64,000 nt of DNA from Gammaproteobacteria bacterium. GTDB lineage: Bacteria > Pseudomonadota > Gammaproteobacteria > CBDBNL01 > JAAOII01. Positions 1 through 7,517 of the stretch are shown here, one piece after another; the stretch's first letter is position 1; the number at the start of each line of letters is the position of its first letter. The notes under the pieces were generated by a model that was given only the letters and a program-made list of their open reading frames with translations, was not told the DNA's origin and ran no database searches. The translations under genes and the position numbers were made by a program. Location: positions 1,408,935 to 1,472,934 of the forward strand of contig OZ242303.1 of the NCBI GenBank assembly GCA_965207945.1, written 5' to 3'.

Positions 1-300
1 ATCATCTGTCGCACATTCGGAGTGTTGCGATCTATTTGGTTGCTGTTTACTATCGTGGGCGGATCATTGGGAATGTTTATGTTGTAATAGCTTATATTAA
101 TGCTGGCTATATCCGCATTGGGATTATTCCAGCTAAGAATGACGCTGCTGTCGCCAGGAATCGCATTTAGTTCTTGCACTGTAAACTTGGATAACTTGGT
201 TACGGGGGTGGGGGTGGGGGCGCCACCACCGCCACCGCCTCCACCACCGCAGGCAGTGAGGAAAACTACAAGGGCAGCCATCATAAAAATCGCACTGAAA
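1..300. repeat. Copy A of a ~300 bp duplicated segment (the 5' end of the GLUG lipoprotein gene), about 95 % identical to 1692..1991
   Basis: Direct read of the sequence. 1-300 aligns with 1692-1991 with only a few substitutions (for example aagaatgacgctgctg versus aagagtaacgttacgg). Confidence 0.85.
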
Positions 301-326
301 GATTTAGTTTCTTTAGCTACTTTCAT
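1..326 (-). CDS. N-terminal part of a second GLUG-repeat lipoprotein paralog; the gene continues past the window start
   Basis: Reverse-strand translation from ATG at 324-326 gives MKVAKETKSFSAIFMMAALVVFLTAC-GGGGGGGGG-APTPTPVTKLSKFTVQELNAIPGD..., nearly identical to the N-terminus of the 323..2008 gene. It has a lipobox (L-T-A-C) and no stop before the window edge. Its ATG overlaps the upstream gene's TGA as ATGA. Confidence 0.55.
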   Translation of the reverse strand, partial: MKVAKETKSFSAIFMMAALVVFLTACGGGGGGGGGAPTPTPVTKLSKFTVQELNAIPGDSSVILSWNNPNADIASINISYYNINIPNDPPTIVNSNQIDRNTPNVRQM

Positions 327-2008
327 GGACGCTGGGGGGCTAGCCCGTTGGGGGTGCAGGTGAGGGCTGGGTATTGGTTTGGGTTGCCTAAATTCCAGGC
401 ACGAGAACCATCATCGCACATCTCTCCTTCCCAAGTTTCATAAATACTCCCATCAAATGCCTCTGGCATCTTCAAGTTAACAGTGGTGTTGCCTGCGCTG
501 ACGTCATCCGGATCACGATTACCTATTGTTAGTGTTACATCACTACCACTGGTCTGGTTATCCCAATAAGAGTCGTTAATAGTTATAGTAGTGGCATGAC
601 CAACTAGACCGCCGACATTAATGCCCTCTTTAACATACTCTGCAGCAGCATAAGATGATGTGATCACGACATTATTAATAGAAGCACCAATCAAACCTCC
701 GATACTATTACCAGTGGAATTGATGACAACATCAGCTCCCACATAAGACGAAGTGATCTCTAATTCATCCCCATAGCCAACCAAACCGCCGACATTACTC
801 GTCGCGTTGACATGAGAGTCCTCCACATAAGACAAAGTGACCCCAGCACCGTTATCCGCCAGACCAACCAGACCGCCAACAGAACTACTCCCGATGACAG
901 AACCACCAACTGCATAAGACGAAGTTATGGTGGCACTCCCCCCATTACCAACCAGACCGCCGACTTGATTCGCTCCGCTTAAGACAGTAATATCCATCAC
1001 ATAAGACGAAGTGATGGTGGCACTCTCCCCATAACCAACCAAACCACCGACATAAAAACTAGAAGACGTAACCTTTCCTGATGCAGAACTATTACTAATG
1101 CTTGCACCCTCTGCATAACCAACCAGCAGCCCCGCATTATTATTTTGGGCGCTAATGTTGCCAGAACGGATATGAATATTATGCAGGACGGCAGTAGAGG
1201 AGATTGCGCCAAATAGTCCAGTCGGCTTAGCTTCAGAGTTTATTATAGTAAGATTATTGATTGTCCAACCATTGCCGTCAAAAGTTGCATTGAATGATAG
1301 CTTTCTATTAGTGCAAACCCCCGTAACGCCAAAAGAGCAGCTACCAATTGGTTCCCAGTTGGCATAGCCGTCAAGGGATATATTCTGCGTAAGCTCATAG
1401 CCGTTGCATGTAGTGATGCCGCTCTGACCGCCACAACCACGGGCATCACCAGCGAAAGATACACCATTAAGGTTTGCCCGTACCTGATTTAATTCCTCTG
1501 CATTATGTATCTCTATTAGTCCATTGCCGTTATCATCTACGTCCAGAAAATTAGGTGTGCCATCGCCATCATCATTAGGACCAATAGCCACAGTAGCAAC
1601 TGGAGCCGTTCCTTCTTTGCCTGTATCAGTGCCGTTTAATATCAAACTAACAGTGAAGTTATATGATTGTCCGTTGGTTAGGCCGCTGCTTATCATCTGT
1701 CGCACATTCGGAGTGTTGCGATCTATTTGGTTGCTGTTTACTATCGTGGGCGGATCATTGGGAATGTTTATGTTGTAGTAGCTTATATTAATGCTGGCTA
1801 TATCCGCATTGGGATTATTCCAGCTAAGAGTAACGTTACGGTCGCCAGGAATCGCATTTAGTTCTTGCACTGTAAACTTGGATAATTTGGTTGCGGGGGT
1901 GGGGGTGGGGGCGCCACCACCGCCACCGCCTCCACCACCGCAGGCAGTGAGGAAAACTACAAGGGCAGCCATCATTAAAATCGTATTAAAATCTTTTTGC
2001 ATAATCAA
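323..2008 (-). CDS. Surface lipoprotein with poly-Gly/Pro-Thr linker, Fn3-like N-region and multiple GLUG-motif repeats (GGLVG...ITSSY periodicity)
   Basis: 561-aa ORF. It has a signal peptide with lipobox FLTAC, then a G9 and PTPTP linker, then at least 8 repeats of about 25 aa each containing GGLVG(Y/N)G...ATITSSY, which is typical of GLUG-motif adhesin/IgA-protease-like repeats. Confidence 0.7.
   Translation of the reverse strand: MIMQKDFNTILMMAALVVFLTACGGGGGGGGGAPTPTPATKLSKFTVQELNAIPGDRNVTLSWNNPNADIASINISYYNINIPNDPPTIVNSNQIDRNTPNVRQMISSGLTNGQSYNFTVSLILNGTDTGKEGTAPVATVAIGPNDDGDGTPNFLDVDDNGNGLIEIHNAEELNQVRANLNGVSFAGDARGCGGQSGITTCNGYELTQNISLDGYANWEPIGSCSFGVTGVCTNRKLSFNATFDGNGWTINNLTIINSEAKPTGLFGAISSTAVLHNIHIRSGNISAQNNNAGLLVGYAEGASISNSSASGKVTSSSFYVGGLVGYGESATITSSYVMDITVLSGANQVGGLVGNGGSATITSSYAVGGSVIGSSSVGGLVGLADNGAGVTLSYVEDSHVNATSNVGGLVGYGDELEITSSYVGADVVINSTGNSIGGLIGASINNVVITSSYAAAEYVKEGINVGGLVGHATTITINDSYWDNQTSGSDVTLTIGNRDPDDVSAGNTTVNLKMPEAFDGSIYETWEGEMCDDGSRAWNLGNPNQYPALTCTPNGLAPQRP
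1692..1991. repeat. Copy B of the duplicated 5' gene segment
   Basis: See copy A. Confidence 0.85.
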
Positions 2009-2155
2009 TGTCCGTTTGTTTAATAGATATAGTACTGTAAATTATTATATACCATAATTCAAGTAATTAAGAATCAATAAGTATTTGGAGTTACTTGGAG
2101 TTATTTGGAATTATTCGGGCTTTTACCACTGCCCAAAGCATATTTTGAGCGTATT

Positions 2156-3253
2156 TTAGAACAGTTGTTTAAGCTGATTAAGAAATAATTCGTTCTCTTG
2201 CGGGCTGCCGATGGACACGCGTAAACAATTACGTAATAAAGGATGGGACTTATCAAGGCTCTTTATAAGCACTTTGTTGTCTTTTAGTTTTTCGCTAATG
2301 GTGGCGGCATCAAGTGTGTTGCTGCGAAACAATAAGAAGTTTGTTTCGCTGGGGTAGGTTTCTATTGCGCTAATTTCCTTCATCTTATGATATAAATCAT
2401 CACGTTGGGCAACCGTTTCAGCAGCCCATTGCAAGAAATATTGAATATTATCCATGGCAAATAATATGCTTTGTAATGTCAAGGAATTAATGTTGTAAGG
2501 CAGTCGTAACTTGTTTAGCTGTTCTATAACCTCAGGATGAGCAGCGGCAAAACCAAACCTTAACCCTGCCATACCAATCTTTGATAGAGTGCGCAGCTCA
2601 ACCATATTAGGATGCTGGGTTATATCCAGCGACAGATTGCCGCTACTACAGAAAAAATCATAGGCGCGGTCAACCACAACCAAACCATTGCTGGTAGCCA
2701 ACGCAATTTCAAGCACTTGTGGCGCAAATAAATTACCGGTTGGATTATTTGGCTGTGCAATAAAAATTAGTTCGGGGTCATTATCTTTAATTGCAGCGCG
2801 AAAAGAATCTAAATTTAATGAAAAATCTTCCTGCAAGTCCACCTCTATAAATTTACCACCAAGCACATTAGTTAAATGGGAATACATGCTAAAGCTTGGG
2901 GAAGGGCTTAGCACCCGCGCCTTACTTCCTCCGCAGAGTAGAATAAGCAGGAGGATGAGTTCGTCCGAACCATTGCCTGGCATCAACATGGTAGACGGAG
3001 AAATTGCAAACTCCTCTTTCAAACGAGATTGCAGTTCATCTGTCCAGCTAAGCGGATAACGATTGACTTCAATGTTCTTTAATCTTTCAAGCCACAGGGA
3101 AAATAAAGCGGGACTCAGGTCTTGAAAGCCATAAGCATTCTCCATAGCATCAAGACGCGCTGCTGACTTGTCCACTTGAACTGGCACATAAGCATTTGCT
3201 TGTTGAATTTCTGGGGGGACTACTTTTTTAATTATGGTGGATATATCTTTCAT
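2156..3253 (-). CDS. hisC: Histidinol-phosphate aminotransferase
   Basis: 365-aa class II aminotransferase with an NPTG motif, a PLP lysine context (LSK) and overall HisC-like layout. It lies directly downstream of hisD. Confidence 0.88.
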   Translation of the reverse strand: MKDISTIIKKVVPPEIQQANAYVPVQVDKSAARLDAMENAYGFQDLSPALFSLWLERLKNIEVNRYPLSWTDELQSRLKEEFAISPSTMLMPGNGSDELILLLILLCGGSKARVLSPSPSFSMYSHLTNVLGGKFIEVDLQEDFSLNLDSFRAAIKDNDPELIFIAQPNNPTGNLFAPQVLEIALATSNGLVVVDRAYDFFCSSGNLSLDITQHPNMVELRTLSKIGMAGLRFGFAAAHPEVIEQLNKLRLPYNINSLTLQSILFAMDNIQYFLQWAAETVAQRDDLYHKMKEISAIETYPSETNFLLFRSNTLDAATISEKLKDNKVLIKSLDKSHPLLRNCLRVSIGSPQENELFLNQLKQLF

Positions 3254-3261
3254 TTTTTCTG

Positions 3262-4605
3262 TTACTTCTTTTCCTTCTCTTCCTTCGTTTCCTCTTTTAG
3301 AGTTGGGGGTTTTTCCACTCTAATCTTAACTGCCGCTGCATGAGCAAGTAACCCCTCGTCTTTAGCCATCTCTGCTGCCATGGGGGTTAATTTCATTGCA
3401 GAAGGTTGGCTTAACTGCAGAAAAGATATTCGCTTGATAAAGTCGTAAACTCCTAATGGAGATGAGAAGCGCCCTGCGGCGCCAGTTGGTAAAATATGAT
3501 TAGGACCGGCCGCGTAATCGCCATAAACGGCAGAAGCATAATAGCCGCAAAAGACCGCAGAAGCAAACCTTATGCTATCTTTATATTCATCTGGTTTTTG
3601 TAGCATAAGTTGCAAATGCTCGGGTGCCAAAGAATCAGCCAATGCAACGGACTCTGCAATATTAGTGGTTTTCACTAACGCTCCGTTATTTTGTAATGAG
3701 TGTTCAATATTCTCCTTACGATGCTGGGTGACTATCGCCTCTTTGATGCCTTTTTCCACCTCGCTCAATAAAGCGGAATTATCACTGAACAGCACTACTC
3801 GTGTATCTGGAGAATGTTCGGCTTGGGCAAACATATCCAAGACAATCCAGTCGGGCGTAGCATGCTCATCCGCCACTATCGCCACCTCTGAAGGACCTGC
3901 GAGGGTGTCTATGCCAACCTCGCCATAAAGTTGCCGCTTTGCCTCTGTAACATATTGATTGCCGGGACCGGCTATCTTATCCACCTTATTAATGCTTGTT
4001 GTTCCCAAAGCGAGAGCTGCCACTGCCTGAGCTCCGCCTATGCAATAAAGAGTATCAACTTGCGCCAGATGAGCTGCGGCTAATACTATCTTGGAGATAT
4101 TCCCATCTTGGGCTGGGCTAACTACAATTACTTCATCCACTCCAGCTAAGTGCGCTGGAATTGCCCCCATTAATACAGATGAAGGGTAAAGGGCACTGCC
4201 GCCAGGAACATAAATGCCTACTCTTTGCAAAGGCACAATCTTTTGCCCCATAACATGTTGGGGATTTATTTGTTCATACCAGCTATGCTGAATCTGGAAG
4301 TTATGATAATAGGTGATATTATCCTTTGCTTGTTCCAAATACATGGCTTGCTCTGGCAACAAGGATTCATAAGCATCAGCAAAGTCATCTTTGCTGTATG
4401 TCAAATCTTTAATACTCTCTGCATTGCCTCCGTCATATTTCTTTGTTAGTGCAAGCAGCGCGTCATCTCCTTTTTGACGTACCTCATTAATGATGTGTGT
4501 TACCGCCTCAATAATCGCTGGATCTCGCTGGATACCCTTGCTTTTTAATAGAGCAAACTTTTCCTCAAAGCCCTGGGCTGAGGAATCTAAAGTCATAATT
4601 TTCAT
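3262..4605 (-). CDS. hisD: Histidinol dehydrogenase
   Basis: 447-aa ORF with HisD-typical segments (GPGNQYV, AGPSEV, GDYAAGPNHILPTGG). Confidence 0.9.
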   Translation of the reverse strand: MKIMTLDSSAQGFEEKFALLKSKGIQRDPAIIEAVTHIINEVRQKGDDALLALTKKYDGGNAESIKDLTYSKDDFADAYESLLPEQAMYLEQAKDNITYYHNFQIQHSWYEQINPQHVMGQKIVPLQRVGIYVPGGSALYPSSVLMGAIPAHLAGVDEVIVVSPAQDGNISKIVLAAAHLAQVDTLYCIGGAQAVAALALGTTSINKVDKIAGPGNQYVTEAKRQLYGEVGIDTLAGPSEVAIVADEHATPDWIVLDMFAQAEHSPDTRVVLFSDNSALLSEVEKGIKEAIVTQHRKENIEHSLQNNGALVKTTNIAESVALADSLAPEHLQLMLQKPDEYKDSIRFASAVFCGYYASAVYGDYAAGPNHILPTGAAGRFSSPLGVYDFIKRISFLQLSQPSAMKLTPMAAEMAKDEGLLAHAAAVKIRVEKPPTLKEETKEEKEKK

Positions 4606-4678
4606 AGGTTTATTTTAATGGTGTTGCTGTGGCTTTTGTAGCAAGTGCTATCATTTACTCTTGGGGATTTTACAAAAT

Positions 4679-5245
4679 TCATTTATTCTTAGGAGCTTTA
4701 TTCTTGGGGATTTTGCAAAATCCTTGGGGGGCTACATCTAAAGCTGCATTAAACTTACTGGAAAGGTTTTGAAAAGCAATTAGCCCAGTCAGTTCAACTA
4801 TGCCATCTTCATCCCAAAAATGTTTTAGGTTGTCAATGTGCTCCTGACTCACCTGCTTATCCGTGTAGGTCATTGCCTCACAATAATCAAGGGCGGCACG
4901 TTCTTTTTCGTCATATATATCCTCGTCACGCCAATTTTCTAATCCATCAACTTTTGCCATAGAACCATCACGTCTGGCAAGGGTGGCGGAGTTTATATCT
5001 ACACAAAAATGACACCAGTTAATTTGTGATACTCTGACGGTAATCATTGAACGTAGAATTGGGTCAATTGGAGAACGGCGGCGGTCTAATACTCCATATA
5101 GGACAGCAACTGCCATGAATAGCTTAGGGACCCGTCCCCACAGCAAGCCAGGGATAAGCACCTCTCCGTATTTTTTCTTCTGGCGGTTGAAAAAAGGTCT
5201 TAAATACTGCGGATACTTATTTAGTGGTTTAGTATTGATTCTCAT
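4679..5245 (-). CDS. Carboxymuconolactone decarboxylase / AhpD-like family protein
   Basis: 188-aa ORF with a CxxC-type AhpD core (NWCHFC) and helical context. Confidence 0.55.
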   Translation of the reverse strand: MRINTKPLNKYPQYLRPFFNRQKKKYGEVLIPGLLWGRVPKLFMAVAVLYGVLDRRRSPIDPILRSMITVRVSQINWCHFCVDINSATLARRDGSMAKVDGLENWRDEDIYDEKERAALDYCEAMTYTDKQVSQEHIDNLKHFWDEDGIVELTGLIAFQNLSSKFNAALDVAPQGFCKIPKNKAPKNK

Positions 5246-5252
5246 AAGGTTA

Positions 5253-6323
5253 TTATAATATTGATTTGATTATTTGCTTGGCTAATTCATCTGATGATAA
5301 AGAAGCATCCAATATGTTCAGATTGTCCCAAGACGACAACCAGGTTATTTGTTTTTTTGCCAGTTGGCGAGTTGCGATTATCCCCTTCTCTATCATTTCA
5401 TTATACTTAATTTTATCTTGGTGTTTATCTTGGTGTTTATCTTGGAGTTTGCCATCAGTCCCATCCTGCGATTTACTTAATTCTTGTTGTTCTAAGTACT
5501 CCCATACTTGACGATAACCCACTGCCCGCATAGCTGGATAGGTTAAGTTAAGATCGCCTCTAGCGGACAATGCTTTAACTTCTTCCAACAAGCCGTTCGC
5601 AATAAATTGATGGAATCTCTCGGCAAGTCGTTTATGCAGCTGCTCACGTTTAGCAAACATCAAAGCAAAAGTTAGAATTCGTCCTCCATGCCCTTCATGT
5701 TCGCCATGCTCCCCATGCCCTTCTTCTTTCCCCTGCTCGGACTCCCATAATTCTTTAAGCCCCTTTTTGTTGGACTTGTCAAATAATGAAGAGAGCGGCA
5801 TGCCAACCTGTTCGTTTAGCTCAAGAGCGCGGCACAACCTTTGCTCGTCGCCACTGCCGATTCTTTGCGCTGCCTCTGGGTCAACTTTCTGCAGGGCAGC
5901 ATGCAATGCGGCAGTTCCTCCTTGTTGTGCCAAAGCCATATATTTGGCGCGAATGGCTTTGTCTGCTCGCGGTAAGTCATTCAGCCCCTGTAAAAGTGCC
6001 TTAATATAAAACATTGTGCCGCCTACCACCAAAGGGACCTTGTGGCGAGCAACTACATCTGCTATTGCCTTGTGGGCATCTTCAACGAAACGCCCCGCCG
6101 AATAAACAGTGTTGGGTTCGGCTATATCAATCAGATGGTGTTTAACCTTTGCTTGGATGTGGGGTTCTGGTTTGGCTGAGCCGATATCCAGTCCTTTATA
6201 CACTTGAACTGCATCGGCGCTGATAATCTCAGCTGGCAGTATTTTAGCTAGCTCCAGAGCGAGAGCACTTTTACCGCTCCCGGTAGGACCCAGGATGATT
6301 ATTAGGGTTTTAGCAGAAATTAT
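5253..6323 (-). CDS. miaA: tRNA dimethylallyltransferase. The true N-terminus with the P-loop lies upstream of the ORF-track start and has no canonical start codon.
   Basis: The track ORF starts [12 protein letters not shown]. The same frame continues upstream as [40 protein letters not shown] up to an in-frame TGA at 6324-6326, with no ATG, GTG or TTG in between. There is a His/Gly/Glu-rich insertion and a [11 protein letters not shown] repeat. Confidence 0.85.
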   Translation of the reverse strand: MISAKTLIIILGPTGSGKSALALELAKILPAEIISADAVQVYKGLDIGSAKPEPHIQAKVKHHLIDIAEPNTVYSAGRFVEDAHKAIADVVARHKVPLVVGGTMFYIKALLQGLNDLPRADKAIRAKYMALAQQGGTAALHAALQKVDPEAAQRIGSGDEQRLCRALELNEQVGMPLSSLFDKSNKKGLKELWESEQGKEEGHGEHGEHEGHGGRILTFALMFAKREQLHKRLAERFHQFIANGLLEEVKALSARGDLNLTYPAMRAVGYRQVWEYLEQQELSKSQDGTDGKLQDKHQDKHQDKIKYNEMIEKGIIATRQLAKKQITWLSSWDNLNILDASLSSDELAKQIIKSIL

Positions 6324-7264
6324 TCAAAATTACCGAAGCCCATCCACTTGTCATATCTTTGACGGACGAGGTCGGCAGGATTGCTGACGCTGTTAAGTTC
6401 TTTTAACGAAGATAGTAATTGAGTACGGACTTTAGTATAAACATCTTCGGGGTGACGATGTGCTCCGCCAGATGGCTCTTGTATAACCTGATCCACCAGA
6501 GATATTTTTTTCAGTTTATCTGCGGTAATAGACATAGCTTTAGCAGCGACATCCGCATATTTGGCATCACGCCAGAGTATGGAAGCACAGCCCTCAGGTG
6601 ATATTACTGAGTAAATTGAATACTGCAGCATTAGTAATCTATCGCAAACCCCTATGGCAAGGGCTCCTCCCGAACCGCCTTCGCCTATAACCAAGCTTAT
6701 AATTGGGGTCTTAAGACGCGCCATAACCATAAGATTGCGGGCTATGGCTTCACTTTGCCCTCTTTCTTCCGCCCCTATGCCAGGATAGGCGCCGGGAGTA
6801 TCAATAAAAGTTATGATGGGAAGCTTGAACTTTTCTGCCATTTTCATTAATCGTAATGCCTTGCGATAGCCCTCGGGCTTAGGCATGCCAAAATTACGCT
6901 TGACCTTTTCCGGTACTTCACGCCCTTTTTGTTGTCCTATCACCATAACTGGCTTGCCGTCAAGACGCGCTAAAGCTGCTATCAGTGAAGCGTCATCGGA
7001 ATACTGGCGGTCGCCATGCAGTTCTTCATGGTCGCTGAATACGTGTTCAAGATAATCGGTGAAATATGGGCGTGATGGGTGACGGGCTATTTGGACAATC
7101 TGCCAGTCGCTGAGTGTGGAGAATACCTTCTGGGTAACTGACTCCAACCTTTCTTCTAATCTAATGATTTCGGAGGTTATGCTTTCATCATTGCTTGCCA
7201 TCCGCAAGCCGTCCAGTTTTTCCTGAACCTCCACTATAGGTTTTTCAAAATCTAAATGTTCCAT
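6320..7264 (-). CDS. accA: Acetyl-CoA carboxylase carboxyltransferase subunit alpha
   Basis: 314-aa ORF with AccA-typical segments ([20 protein letters not shown]). Confidence 0.9.
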   Translation of the reverse strand: MEHLDFEKPIVEVQEKLDGLRMASNDESITSEIIRLEERLESVTQKVFSTLSDWQIVQIARHPSRPYFTDYLEHVFSDHEELHGDRQYSDDASLIAALARLDGKPVMVIGQQKGREVPEKVKRNFGMPKPEGYRKALRLMKMAEKFKLPIITFIDTPGAYPGIGAEERGQSEAIARNLMVMARLKTPIISLVIGEGGSGGALAIGVCDRLLMLQYSIYSVISPEGCASILWRDAKYADVAAKAMSITADKLKKISLVDQVIQEPSGGAHRHPEDVYTKVRTQLLSSLKELNSVSNPADLVRQRYDKWMGFGNFE

Positions 7265-7340
7265 AATTTTTTGCTGTGCTAGGCAACATTATACTACATA
7301 TAGTTGAATAATTTGATATTTTGATACAGAAATATTTTGT

Positions 7341-7517
7341 GTCGCGAGCGTTGGACATTTTGCGGGCGGAGCATGGCTCAGCCCCTACAGACCTTCATCG
7401 CGAGAATTTATGCACCATACAGAATTGCGTTGCAAGAATTTATGCATCATACAGACCTGCGTCGCGAGAATTTATGCACCATACAGACCTGCATTGCGAG
7501 GATTCATGCATCATAAT
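7341..7517. repeat. REP-like composite intergenic element: a palindromic head (gcgggcggagcatggctcagcccctacagacc) followed by four tandem ~33 bp units (gcgtcgcgagaatttatgcaccatacagacct)
   Basis: Direct read. Four contiguous imperfect units at 7395-7517. A related single-unit copy sits at 35761-35829. Confidence 0.8.

Noticed and set aside
100-363. Plus-strand ORFs 100..363 and 1791..2057 (87-88 aa, nearly identical, poly-Pro)
   Set aside because: They are antisense shadows of the minus-strand GLUG lipoprotein genes. The Pro9 run is the complement of the Gly9 linker, and they have no independent signals.
7395-7517. Possible CRISPR array (regular ~33 bp repeats)
   Set aside because: The units are contiguous with no unique spacers between them, and a related single unit occurs elsewhere. 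This is a REP/tandem repeat, not CRISPR, and no cas genes are present.
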